A stretch of DNA of 64,000 bases, from NCBI GenBank assembly GCA_002269645.1, contig NIVC01000312.1, positions 434,001 through 498,000 of the forward strand, read 5' to 3'. Shown here piece by piece: positions 14,029 through 35,778 of this stretch. The notes under the pieces were generated by a model. It was not told the origin of the DNA. It was given only the letters and a program-made list of their open reading frames with translations, and did no database searches. Made by a program: the position numbers and the translations under genes. The stretch comes from Macrostomum lignano (taxonomy: Eukaryota). Positions within the stretch are counted from its first letter, which is position 1. Every line of letters starts with the position of its first letter.

Positions 14029-15897
14029 ATGTTTGATCAAATTTCGTTACATTCAGTTTCAGATGACGACAGAGAGAAAGAACTCTGCCCTATGCAGAGC
14101 TGTGGCAAGCTCCATAATAACCGATTCGATGCTTTGTACTCTGGCCGATTGGGCGAGTTCGAAAGCTACCTGGAAAGTCTGGCTCCGAAGGAGGTGTGCG
14201 AACTTCTATTGCCAACAACCGATGCTGTCGAAAATGCGGCTTTGCGATACGGAAGCCTTCAGCCTCTGAGCTCCATCACAGTGGCCGAGAAAAGAGTCGA
14301 GAATTTATTAATTACTCCACTGATTGAGTTAATGATCAATCAAAGAACCGAGTTAGTTATTAAAGCATTGGCGCTCATGACCGAAGATACCGAATCACAA
14401 CATGCTTTAGCTCACAGTGCAAGATTTTCCTTATTCCAACTCGTCGACTTTTGTCGCTGCTTTCCAAACAGAGAGCTGCAGATGGCTGAACTTTTCACTC
14501 AGCTGGCGAATGCACAGCCGGCCCTTTGTGTGAGCTGGCTGTTAGTGGAGGCCGCTCAAGAAGCTGTGAGACCATTGGAGTACGCTTCCATTTGGAATTG
14601 TTTTCAGCTGGCCAAAGTCTTCATTGACGTGCCCGGCTATCTCAAAACGACAATTGTCTCAGAGAAAGACAGCAGACTTGAGATTGACCGCTTCGACTTC
14701 TCCAACTATCGCTGGTTCACGGGCTCCCGGTTTACTAGGTCGCCATTTGTTCAACTGAGCTGCGCCACCACGCGATTGATTAGCGACTTTATCCCGGCGG
14801 GATACGCAGATTTCTACGACTGTCCCGCGGTTCAGGGCTACCTGCCAAAAATTCTAGCAACCGGCCCGACTTCACGCAGATCCACTTACATACTCATCGT
14901 ATTTTATGTATTATATTACACAATTTACACAGTAACCCTAACGGCGCGGCTGTTCACAGGAGGTCAGTTCAGTTCGAGCTCTATACTCAAAGTGGCTGGC
15001 GAAGCTAATAATACAGTCTCGTATCTGACGAAGCTGCCGCAGCAGGTATTAACTGCTCTACTCTACCTGTTCTATTTTAGGGTAGTTATCCAGCTGCTCT
15101 TTATATTCATGGCCTCAGCGCTATTGATTTCCTCGCATCTGACCAACATTAGCCTTCCACGGCCGTCTAGAAGGCGGTGGCTGCCGCTGCATTGGTTACG
15201 CAGTGCTATATCGCTCTCTAGCGACATACGCGAAGGCTCGTCCGTTGTCTATCTCTTGCATCAGTTCCTGTCGCTAATGCTGGAGTTTGGCTGGACAAAA
15301 ATGAACTACGTCACCGTCAATGATGAGCTATTTGTAAATCCTGAAAATTTGAAGATCTTCTTTGCGTTGCACATTCTATTCCTAATATTATTGATGATAT
15401 TCTTCTTCGATGAACTGGCCTCGCACTTCAAGGTGTTTTTCTACTTGATTCACAGTTTGCAAGAATCAATGAAGGTTTTGTACATCATCATCATGCCTGT
15501 CTTTGTACTATGCACCACGATATTCATCTGTCATCCATTCACGGAAGCAAATGACAAGGACCTATTGGAAGTACTGGCTGACATGATGGTGGGCGCTAGC
15601 CGCTACGCGCTGAGCCTCGGTGACTTTTCCGGTCCCAGTAAAGACTTGGTCCTGTGGGGCCAGCCTATGTTCTTCATCATGGTATCCCTGTTCCTCGTGA
15701 ACTTCTGCATCGCTCTACTGACGCAACGCATCGCACTAATGGAAGAGCGAACCGAGCTAAGGCAGATAATGCGAATTGTAGATTTGCTCCATCAGATATC
15801 GCTGATTGCAAGGCTTATTATGAAACGATTTAAAAGCATAGATGAAAAACCGTTGATTATTGAGAACGTGCGGCTACGGTGTGACTTCGCTGACTAG
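14029..15897 (+). CDS. Divergent TRP-family (TRPV-like) cation channel, intronless, 622 aa
   Basis: Ankyrin-like N-terminal segments (TPLIELMINQRTELV, RPLEYASIWNCFQLAK), several hydrophobic helices, pore-like SRYALSLGDF, S6-like FIMVSLFLVNFCIALL followed by a TRP-helix-like segment. Confidence 0.7.
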   Translation: MFDQISLHSVSDDDREKELCPMQSCGKLHNNRFDALYSGRLGEFESYLESLAPKEVCELLLPTTDAVENAALRYGSLQPLSSITVAEKRVENLLITPLIELMINQRTELVIKALALMTEDTESQHALAHSARFSLFQLVDFCRCFPNRELQMAELFTQLANAQPALCVSWLLVEAAQEAVRPLEYASIWNCFQLAKVFIDVPGYLKTTIVSEKDSRLEIDRFDFSNYRWFTGSRFTRSPFVQLSCATTRLISDFIPAGYADFYDCPAVQGYLPKILATGPTSRRSTYILIVFYVLYYTIYTVTLTARLFTGGQFSSSSILKVAGEANNTVSYLTKLPQQVLTALLYLFYFRVVIQLLFIFMASALLISSHLTNISLPRPSRRRWLPLHWLRSAISLSSDIREGSSVVYLLHQFLSLMLEFGWTKMNYVTVNDELFVNPENLKIFFALHILFLILLMIFFFDELASHFKVFFYLIHSLQESMKVLYIIIMPVFVLCTTIFICHPFTEANDKDLLEVLADMMVGASRYALSLGDFSGPSKDLVLWGQPMFFIMVSLFLVNFCIALLTQRIALMEERTELRQIMRIVDLLHQISLIARLIMKRFKSIDEKPLIIENVRLRCDFAD

Positions 15898-16541
15898 TGC
15901 CATCAATCCTGTTAATTAAACTCTCAGATACTTTTGGTTTCAGCGAACACTAAGACGCAATCCTTCAGTGAAATTTAAGATGTACAAGTAGAATATTCAA
16001 TATTTACGTGACAATTTTTGCATAGTCACACCAAAAGCTACGCACACTCGAGGTCTAGCAAGCAAGCCGTAGCTATCTCTCCATTGGTGAAGAGTTGTAA
16101 TATAGTTCAGATAAGAGTTACTAGTTTCGATAGCAAGAAAATCATATTTGATCCCTACATAATGTTAGATTTCATAGGGTCTAACCGTATTGATACTTTT
16201 GCACGTCGAAGATCTGATCAATAGAAGAATCACTATTTGATATTTTACAATGGATAATATCTATTGCCGAATCGTTAATATTTCGTACATTAGAATCTTT
16301 TTGTTCCCAACTATTCTCAATCTTTTCTTCTAAATATAAAAAAATCAAATAAAAAGAGTCTGAAACTTTATTAATCATAAATATACATCAACGAAAATAG
16401 TGGCCTCCCTAGTCAGCCGCTTGGTTTTATTTTTCTTGCTCGTTTTCACGTCATGCAAAATTGAAACAAGAAAACTGAAAATAAGTTTTTCTTGATAGTA
16501 TTTTCATGGACCGATGGACTTTTAACACGTCACGATTTCTC

Positions 16542-17479
16542 TCAACTGAAGATACCCGTAGGTAGCCAGCGCTTCACGTTGAGTGCATTCTCGGCGAGAC
16601 CTTTGATGCTTACCTTGAAGTCCGAATTGATCTTGTCGATTAAAAACTTCTTCTCAGATTCGATCAAGTGTGTGACGACCGGTTTCACTAGGAAACGATA
16701 AAATATCGACATGTTTGTTATTCCCACCGTGATTGCCCCGATCTCCTCTACCTTCAGCTTTTGCATGTCCATTTTTCCTTCCTTGATGTTGAAAATGAGG
16801 CTCACTATGCCGTCGATATACTCTGTGGTGGCAGTGAACGTGGGGTGATACACATGGTTCCGAAGCGTCACGTCACTGTCGTACGAGACTACAACTGGGC
16901 CGATGCGAATGGAGAACGTAATCTACAATTAGTAAAGGTTAAGGAATACAGTAAGCAAGTGATTTGACTGTGATTGCAATTGTTACGAACAGAAGGCCTA
17001 AAAGTGAAATGACCCACCTCGGCTTTTCCTTCTTGCATATCTAAGCCGACTTCGCCGTGTCTTCTAGCCGTTGACAAGCCTTTGCAGACGCCGTTTTTGA
17101 GCTCGGCCACGCCGGGATAGGTTTTGCAGCAGACTTGCTTTTCGAATTCAACGCTGCGCTCAGGCAGTTTCAGCGGGTCCAAGTTAGCCAGCTTCAGCTT
17201 GGGCCCCACCGACTTCAGTAGGTCGTCGGCTAGATCGTTGACCATGCCACGAATCTTGTTGGTTGGTATTAGTGACAAAATCGAGTTGAAGTTTCGCAAC
17301 TGTTGTTCGATGCTCTGATTCTGCTGATTCTGCTGCTCAGTAGTGCTGCTGCTGCTGCTGCTTTTTCGCAGTTTTTTCTTTCGACTCATCTCTTTCGGAA
17401 TGCTCTTCAGTTTAGTATCGCCTTCGATCGCATTCTCCTCCTTAGGATTGTCGTCCAGCTGAAATCCCACTGTTTCCAT
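16542..17479 (-). CDS. Group-7-allergen / TULIP (JHBP-like) lipid-binding fold protein, 2 exons, about 280 aa
   Basis: Exons 17479-17018 and 16922-16542 join in phase 0 (GKAE|ITFSIRIGP); LDPLKLPE...G.AELKNG.CKGLST.RRHG motif recalls Der p 7-type proteins. Confidence 0.7.
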
Positions 17480-18164
17480 GTCTGCTCGAGGCGTTTAGAA
17501 CCGCTGCTTGATCTCGAACAACTTTCTTTGCTTGTTGGCAGAGCAGCTCCCTCTGTCTACACTCGCGTCCCACCTCCCACTCACTTTATTCCAGCGCGGA
17601 CGCCAGGCCATAGACATTACTCGACGTTTTGATACCGAAAAGTTTGGCTACAAAAGTTCGAGTAATTAGCGGCTTGGGGCGATGAGCATGTTGAGACGTG
17701 TGCAATAAAATCAAACTGGGGTCAAGATTTAGACGGGCCTGTAAGCTCAAGATCTCACCACTTTGCTATCCCCTTTGTAAAATCTCTTGTGGAATGGCAT
17801 CTTCCATTTGTGAATCGAATATTGTCAGATCAGCGGTAGAAGCCTGAAGACAATTCCTATCTCGCTAATGCATTTCGCAGCAAAACCGGTCTTTCACTTT
17901 CACATTCAGTGTCCTTCAACTTCAGTTGCTCATGACTCGCATGAGCAAGAGACTGCATTCAATAGCATTTCCAACTCTACTTCCAACAATTGCTTCTTCA
18001 TCAGCATATTTTGAAACGAAAATTAGGTTTCGGTGCACACAGCTCAGTGACGAACAAGTGAATGACAAACCATTCGACATACCTGATTCACGTCGAAATT
18101 CAACTGTTCGTTGACGTTGAAAGTTGATTTTTAAAGATTAACCTTAAAGAAGCATTCCAAATAG

Positions 18165-18326
18165 GTAAGCTATGAAGTGACAAATAGGTAGCTATGGAGT
18201 GACAAATAGGTAGCTATGGAGTGACAAATAGGTAGCTATGGAGTGAAAAATAGGTAGCTATGGAGTGAACAATAGGTAGCTATGGAGTGAAAAATAGGTA
18301 GCTATGGAGTGAACAATAGGTAGCTC
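18165..18326. repeat. 22-bp minisatellite, about 7 copies
   Basis: Unit caaataggtagctatggagtga. Confidence 0.9.
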
Positions 18327-18439
18327 AACTGGATAACTGGCCATCAATCAATCTGCCGCTCACTCTCGTGCAGCCGTTACCTCAACTCGCTGTAGGTAAA
18401 TCGACGGCTACGATAATTTTCACTAGCTCCTCTGCCGAA

Positions 18440-19085
18440 CACAAGGCATCTTCACCAGTTCTGAATAAAGGTTCACCTCCGATTTAACGCCAACATCCTA
18501 AAATCAAAAAGAGTCGTCTTCGAACCTAACTGCGCTTTGACTTGAGCATCAAAACAATCAGCACCAAAATCCTGTTCCCACTGGGGTTAAAGGCAAAAAG
18601 AGATCCTCCTCGCCACCTTCAAAGCCATCTGCTGAACGCATCTCGACTTCTGTGTTCCCATCTGGTCGCTGCTCACCAATGACTCCAGCTGGTCAATCTT
18701 ACAACGCTTGCAGAATGCCGCTCTGCGCATTGTCACCGAATGCCACAGCTGCTCCCCAGTCGAGCACCTGCATGCGGAATGCCACTATCTGTGACGATCT
18801 CTGCAACTTTCAACGAGTTATTGGTCTTTGTTTCGTGCTTTTCACACTAAAATTCATTCTGCCATCATTTATAAACACAATGAGCTCTTCTTTAACCCTG
18901 TCCTGGGCTGGGAATTATCCCTCCCGATATCGACATCCACCGAGCAACTTTGCCGACGTCAAAGAATCACCCAGGCTCAGCTACGCTCGCGGGTCACTGC
19001 AAGCCTCTGGCGACCTTATGCGGCCAAGCTCGACCCTACAATCTCTTCTCTGTCTGGTTACACACACACATACGCACACACACAA
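18440..19085 (+). mobile_element. Decayed non-LTR retrotransposon (LINE) 3' relic
   Basis: Stop-riddled frame reads HWG*RQKEILLATFKAIC*THLDFCVPIW...ILQRLQNAALRIVTECHSCSPVEHLHAE, the post-RT region of I/Jockey-type LINEs; ends in a (CA)n-like tail at about 19060-19085; 5' edge approximate. Confidence 0.7.
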
Positions 19086-20230
19086 AGGAAATTTCAAAAA
19101 TGGTTGTTTTTGCTTTCCTAAGCTTAATCGTTTTTTTCAAAAGTTACCTTTATCTAAATCAGAAGCACTCTGCCATATTAAGCTGTTAAGGTAATCCACT
19201 ATACCATTTTTTCTATAAAAAAGACAGGTACGCTCGTACAAAGATCAAATAATAAACACTGAAAGTAACTCCTAATGGGCTACTCGCGCATGCGACTCTT
19301 CGTATAAGTATATTTTGTTAATTCATTGCCTTCTAAGCTCTTGAAAAAATATTTTCATACAACATCGCGAACTTGCTTAAGAAAATAAAACAATACAGCT
19401 TTGGCAGTTCTTTGTACAGCAAACGATTCCTTACAAGTTCTCTTAGGTCTAAGGATACTGAAGCAAAAAAAACTGGATAACGTGAGATTCTACTGCAGAT
19501 TTTCCTACCTATAAATTGAATAGAAGAAGCGGAATATACAGTCTACGGGCAAGCACAAAATCCTTAGTTGAAGAAAGCAAGATTATAAGGAAACTGTTAA
19601 AGGCATAAGTATAAAAAACTGCGAAATCTACTAATCAAATTAATTGCTAGAAGGCAGTAAATGAAGAGGACGCTAACAAAAACGGCATTGAAAAAGACGA
19701 CTATATGCGATGTGATGGATAAGAAGAATCCCTTAAAATCTTTCAAAGTGCAATATGTGAGTTGCGCATCACAAAAGGCATGCAGTAGCGTCCTAAACGG
19801 CTGTGATACATGCGACAAATATCGTTTCTTAAAATGCGAGCTGAGCAAATCGGGCAACCGGCATGAAAACCCAGGAATCAATGCAATAATACTCATTCGG
19901 CTAACTGTAGACTCCTTATCTTGTTTGCTTAGAAACTGTCTTCTAATTCTATATTTATGTTCAATACGTGAATTCATCAATGCAAGCATGAAATTGAAAT
20001 GAAGCTACTTAAAGTAGCCTGTCACAAACACCTGCCACGATTTCATTTAAGGCTGAAAGTTCACGATTTGAGTTCAAGATTTTGCGACTAAACTGGTCCT
20101 TACCCTGGCACTATTTTATATGCATCGGAATTCCTGACCTTTCAAGGCTTCGTACAGACTTTTTTATTGTTGATTGAACCAACGACTGATCGACGCATAA
20201 CAAAATCACCAATCGCTCAGTAGTTCCCTC

Positions 20231-21380
20231 TCACCTGACCCCGCAGCTGCGCATTTGAAACTTGAGCTCCCACTCGGGAAAGAGGCTCTGAAGTCTGTCA
20301 ACGCACCAGCTCAGCCGCCGCCAGTCTGGCCCGCTGATGCTGACGATCGCCCCGCGACACCGCCGAGGCAGCTTCAGCGTCTCCAGAACTTCGGCCTGGC
20401 AACTGAAGTGGCTGAGGACTTTCAACAGCCGGCGATCCTCCCTGGTCACCAGAGAGCTGAAAACGTCAGACGCGTCTGTCACGCGGAACACCTGGCAGAC
20501 TGGAGTCTGCTGCTCGACCGGCTGCCGGCTGTTCGAGTTGGACCGGCCGCGATGGCTCGGCCCGTCGGCTGCGTGGTTTCGCGACCTCGGCTTCGGCACC
20601 GGCGGCGCTGTGAGGTTGTCTCTGAGCTGCGGCTGGCGCTGCTGCTCCCTCCACGGCGAGCTCGGCATCGAGCGGATCTCCAGAGAGGAGCTGCGAATCC
20701 GCGCGGTGTGACGAGACCGGCGCAGCGACGGCTGCTGCTGGCGGTGCTGCCGAGGCGACGGCGACGGGTCAGGAGGCGGAGCTGGCGTTGGCCGGGTTGC
20801 GGTCGGCTCGTCGAGCGTGGTCACGGCGTCGAACGAGGAGCTCACAAGGCTGCTCGAGTTGGCCTCGGCATCCGTTGCCACGTCGGCTGAGGCGGCCTGG
20901 TCAGCTGGGGGCGCCGCCGCCTCCGTGTTGGTGGTCGGAGGGAAAGCCAGGAGGGATGCCCGCGACAGGGAGACGAGCTTTGTTGCGAGATGGCGTTGCG
21001 ACCAGGGCGCCGGCGAGCGCGACCGTCTGAGCGGCGGCGGCGGCGTCGACGGGAGACTGGCGAGAAACCGCTGCAACATCTCTGAACTCTGGGGCTGCTG
21101 CGGCTCTTTCTGAGTCTGAGGCTGCTGAGCTGCCTTTTGAGGCTGCTGAGCTTCTCTCTCAGGCTGCTGAGCTTCATTCTGAGGCTGCTGCGGCTCCTTC
21201 TGCTGCAGATGTGCGCCTTGGAACTGGTGCTGCTGCCTTTGCAAGCGACGCAAAGAATGATCAACGTCCTGAGAAGCCAGTAGAGGATTGCGGATCGGTG
21301 GCGGGGGCAGAAGGTACCGGCGATCGCGACTGCGACTGAGTTGCTGGTGTTGCTGATGTTGTTGTTGCTGTTGTTGTTGT

Positions 21381-21411
<31 letters not shown>

Positions 21412-21544
21412 TTTGCTGCTTCTGCTGCTGAGCGTGCGTTTGATGCTCCTCGACGTGCTGGCGCTGGTGCTGAAGCCTGGAGTAGCGAGCCCGCACGTGT
21501 TCGAGCTTCTGATAGTTGCTAGCCATGTTCGAATCCTCGTGCAT
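20231..21544 (-). CDS. Gln/Pro-rich low-complexity protein with C-terminal KH-like domain, intronless, 437 aa
   Basis: Long ATG-initiated ORF in a GC-rich island; polyQ tract, QQPQ repeats, about 80-aa globular C-terminus with beta-alpha-alpha-beta-beta-alpha pattern. Confidence 0.75.
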
Positions 21545-22675
21545 AGGACGCTTGTTTTTAGAGCCGTTCTTCCTACTTTTTTATTTATAACAATGTGAGG
21601 AAAATAAAGGTGCCTAGGCTCTTTACAGAGCTGGAATCGGTGCACTTTTAGGCCTAACGAGAGCAAGTTTCTCGCTCTGTTTAAGGCTTTGAGCCATTCT
21701 TCAAAAATGGTATAAGACTACTTTTGATAATACCAAAGCGCAGTGTCTGTGGGCTAAAGCTCTATTATTAAAGACACTCGGCCTTACTTGTGGCTATTCG
21801 GAGTTTTAAAAATAGTTTTCCTGGTCGAAGCAATTTTGCAGGGATTCTATCATTTAGCGTTCGTGAGGCTGCAAGATACAACTAAAAACCACACTGCACA
21901 TTTCACCAAGACCCTCGGATCCTGATTGCGCTCTTGGATTCCAACATGAGGGTCATACGACATTTTTCTAGCTTACAAAAACCCACTACTGGAATACATT
22001 GTCCGGGTACTGTTGCACAAGATAGCAATGCAAAACTGTTCAACATAAATTGTTTATCTCTTTGAAGTTGATGTGTATCGACATACAGCGCGAACACAAA
22101 AAGCATTTTATATTTTTCCGAAGCAAAGCTATAAAAAAGGCAAATAATTTCAAACTAAGTCCATAGTACTTTCAGACGCACCAGGTCTAAAAATGTGATT
22201 ATAATTTTTATAGCTTTGTAATGACGAAGCATGACAGGAAGTGCCACACGGTCTGCTTGTTTTGCTAAACCGGAAAGTATTACAGAGCAGATCATATTTT
22301 AGCTAGGGTTACAACAGAGATGCAGAAGGTAGTCGACAAAATCCGCACGATTCGCACAGCGACGAAATGCTTTCACTTTTCTGTCCTACCTTTCTCTGCA
22401 TTTCGTGATCCGTTCGCCCCCCTCCCCCCTCCTATACTTAGCGACTGTACGTTAGCGAAATCTAATGCAGCCTGCTATACAGTGTTTGGGCCTAACGAAG
22501 GAAATGCTGTCAGTACGTCACTTCAGGTGTACGAAGGCTTTCAACCCCTGCAACCCTCACCCACCGGCATGCTGATAAGCCCCAGCAGTTTTGCCTGTGT
22601 GGTTCAAAATTTAAAAACTGGTCAACTGACATTCACTGTTGTTGAACTTCAGTTAAGCGTCAATGTAATTTCTAG

Positions 22676-31761
<9,086 letters not shown>

Positions 31762-32666
31762 CAGCAGGTAGCTGTTAAACTAGCTGTCAATTCTATTTGC
31801 ATCACTGTAGCAGACTTAATTTAACCGGCATAGCATAATTTACTATGTCGGAAGTCTAATCTGTCAATACATAACAAATAAATGGAACCTCATATTTATA
31901 AGACTTTTACACCTGACTAGCACTTTCACGATGTTTCAGTTTGAAATTAAAAAAAAACAGGAACTGATAGTTATGCAGAACTCTTTAAACTATAGATTTA
32001 TCAATATTTGAATTTTAAATACATCCTACTCAGTTGTTTTTCTACAATAACTATATTGAAGATAATTGATATGTTTTCTTCAATATTGTGTAAGCTGCTA
32101 CTTATCAATATTTCCCACTGAAGTCACTGTTTCAGCTTGTAAATAGATTATACAGTATCTACTTCTGTTTAATCAAATGGCAGAAAAACAATTCCCTATA
32201 CTGTTTTATCAATTTTTTCTCTATTGTTAACTCACTGTATTCCTGGTTGTGAGATATTTAATAAATCACAAGATCATCTGTTTAGCGGCAGTCTATTATT
32301 CTTTCAGAAGCAGTTTTTTAAAACAAAATCAACTATAACTTGACTGCGGTCAATGTGTACTTTAATTTTTTTCCGCTGGACAAACAAAAATTGAGACAAT
32401 ATCAACAAAAAATGTTCAGAGATGCATTCGATAATAGGTCGTATTATTTGTTTATTTAAACTGTTGATGGTATAGAATTGTGAAGCAATTTTAGTGTATG
32501 GCTGCTGATTACAAATACTCAGAAAAAATGTATAGTGCTAAATACCCGTAGTTCGTACCCTCAAGCATAAGAATTTCTATTGCAAATACAACTGCAGAAA
32601 TATTTATTATATAGTTTTTTGTGTCAGAAGTACCAACTGTTCATCCAAATCTGTTGCACCTGTCAA

Positions 32667-35600
32667 TCAGGTGCGCAGTCTTTCTCGCGAGAACAGGTGC
32701 GGCGACTCCTCCGTGAAGTAGACCCTTTTGAACAGGTCCGACTCAGCTGCCGGACTGTCACCCAGAACCAGCTTGCCACCGAAGCGCTGCTCAATCGAGC
32801 GCAGCCGGTCGGGCAGGCAGCGGGCCACCCAGGTCTGACCGGGGAAGAATGCCGGCAGGTGGCTCTCTTGCGCCAGAAGCTGGTCAAAGCTCGGCTGGCC
32901 AGTGGTCAAACTGGGATCGATCGGATAGTTGAAGAAGGCGAATATTGGCTGCAGATTGTAGCCCGTGATGTTGGAGAACACTGCACAGGCAGCCCTGGTG
33001 CGGTGCTGAGCCTGCAGTGGCTCCCTGGCATAGTAGTAGAAGTACATGCGTTGAGCGTCCGCCAGAACGTCAAGGCCAAAGAAGTTTATGACAATTAGCG
33101 CCGGGAAAAGGTCAACCAAATCAGTGCCAGTAGTTGGTACTCGAGTCCAATCGAACGATGTAGCCGATTGGCACAGAGATCTGTCGTCCACTGGTATCTG
33201 ATGGTTGTAGTACCGGTCCAACAGGAACGGAGAATTGGTCAGGTCCAGGTTGTGCAGGTAGCGTCGGAGTACGACCAACAGGAAATCAGCGGCGACCTCG
33301 CGATTTTCGATGCCAAACATTAGCGACACCGGGGAGTAGTTGTGTCCAAGTTCGTGATAGAAAACGTCATGTGAGTTCTGAAGATTACGTCGATAAGGGT
33401 GGTTATTAGTGTTTGTTACTATACCCAAGCTAATGCTACTGGTAATTGTCTTGATCAAGACTTATCAGTGTTGTGCGCTCATCCACGGGAGCGGAACAAA
33501 GCTAACACACTAGAGCCGATTGCCGTGTCGGGTACTTGTTACCGTAGAGTTTAGAAACGAGCCAACTACCAAACACAGGACATCGATTGCATTTCAGCTA
33601 TCAGTTCAACTACATGTATGGTTCAACTGTACGAACGTAAATTTACAGCAGGGCAAGGTGCGAGGTGGATTGATCGGGGTACGTACGTTAGAATAAACTC
33701 GAGGCTGGGGCAGGCACAAGAGAAAAAGGGCACGAGGGCATAATATCAGTAAAACAAACAATGATAATGACATAATTCACTTTTGAGGAGTAGTTCGTCC
33801 AATGCATTAGCTGAACCTAAGAATTATTAGCTAAAATTTGGCTAGAAACCGTTAAATTCAGGGCATGCGTCAAACCAATCATCAAACACTTACTGGCACC
33901 CTGTCTGCTTCAAGAGCAGCTCCGTCAAGTAAACTGCCGAAAGGTGAGTCAGTGTTATGACGATCGGTTGGCATGTCGACGTAGATGTAGAGCGGATTGC
34001 CGCTGTATCCACGGCACCTGACGTTCAAACACTGCAGATCCGTGTCGGAGTGCACCCGCTGCTGGCCCTGCAGCCGCCAGTGCCCGTAGTTCGGCCCACC
34101 GATCAGCACAGACAGACGAGCCGTCCGTTCAATAAATCGCATAGCAATCAGCGTATTGCCGTCAACGCGAGAAAAGCCGCTGCGTGGGGCGCCCAAAATG
34201 GCGAAACCGCTGCGAAATTCGCCCCATGGCGCAGGGCTGACCTCCGGGGACGATGCGTCAGCCAAATGCTGGCGTGGTGAAGCCGCTGCCAGTTTAAAGT
34301 CAACATAAGGCGCTTGAACTACATTGCGAAATTCGAGCTCAATACTGATGCCCTCGGTGTCGTAGTTCGTCACTCGGCTCGGCAGGCCATACAGCACATG
34401 AATTAGGCCTCCAAAAGGGGAAAAGAGCTCCAATTCATGGGTTGATTCCTCAGACAATGGGTAAGTCTGTGCCATATCTAGCCAGGGTCGGGCTTGGCAA
34501 CTGCGCTCACCATACCAGCCAAGTCCAGCCATGACATCAAGGTTGTGACCTACAGTTAGTTGAAGGCTGCTGCCAGATGGTCGAGCGGAAACAACTTTAA
34601 CTCGAGCCTTAGTCAGGGCAGGCAAGTAAACTCCGGTGCTGAGAAGATCTCGTCGAGCGCCTCTCGCCGCGTCGCCGTAAGCCAAACCGGCCTCTGCCAG
34701 ACGCGAATTCCATGAAAGAGATTGCTCAGGTGGTGCGGCCGATTTGCCAACACGAACACGGTAGTTGCCTATTCGGGCAGCCAGATTTCTCACGGGTCCT
34801 GGGTGCACGCCAGCCGTATCGTACTGAGTCAGGCACGCAGGCGATTTCGTCAGAAAATTAAGCAGCTGATTAATGAAGCCAAAGTGGTTGAGCTTGTTAA
34901 AGCATGGCCTTCCACTAGCCAAAGCTGCTCCGCACGTGTTGTCCTGACAGGCTTGATGAAAGGTGCACGGTGCGAACGATACAATATCTTTGTTGTTGCA
35001 CAAAGCCCGGCCCAGCAGAGCCTGAAAGTTCTCCGCGTCGACTCCGGTTTTCAGTCGGACGTCGTCTCTACAGTTGCGCGTAAGAATTTTCTTGTCTCGA
35101 ATAAAAGTTGGGTTACGATCCCAGTGAAGCTCATTTTTAGCCATGTCAGTGAGAATGACGCGCAGCGACTTATAAACTCGGAGTAAACGATTGGCAATGC
35201 GGTTGCTTAACGTCAGTTGTCGATCAGTTACGGCCACTTCAGCCTTGGTAAAGTGCATACCGTGAGAATCCAGAAAACGCTCCACAACTGGCCAGCGGGT
35301 TCCTTCGCCAAAGAAAATCAAAACGCCGCGTCCTTGCAACAGCTTTTGAGTCAAATGAGTGACGATAGATTCAATGTCGTCGGCTTCGGATGATGATTCG
35401 GGATAATTCGGCACCCGCCACACGAAGACCTGCTTCGAAGCATCGATTGTCGAGCCTGTGACGTGATCAACAGTTACAGTGGATGAGGAATCCGCTCCAG
35501 CGAGCCAGGCAATTGAACCCGACAGCAGGTCCTCGTTGCGGGTGTCATAGTGCTGCGTGGTGGACAAGGCAAGCAGTCGACCGCTTCCGTTTGCGGCTGG

Positions 35601-35778
35601 CAGACGGACGCCAGCCATGAAGACATTCTGGTGACACGGCGGTTCGTCCGTTGGTTTCGGTAGGTTTGCCATTAGCACAGGGAAAGCATCGGGGCCCGAC
35701 AGCTCGAAAAAAGTGCCGGAGTTGCTCAACGAGATGGATGGCAGGTTTTTCAAGATGGTTCCGGCATCTTGCTGCCAC
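32667..35778 (-). CDS. TCAF: TCAF/FAM115-like M60-type zinc metallopeptidase (main exons; further small exons probably up to about 36.8 kb)
   Basis: N-terminal FELSGPDAFPVL...GSGRLLALS as in TCAF proteins; PWGEF; HELGH-x14-E in the last exon (about 33380-32667); main exon about 35778-33894 ends CCA|GTAAGT. Confidence 0.8.
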
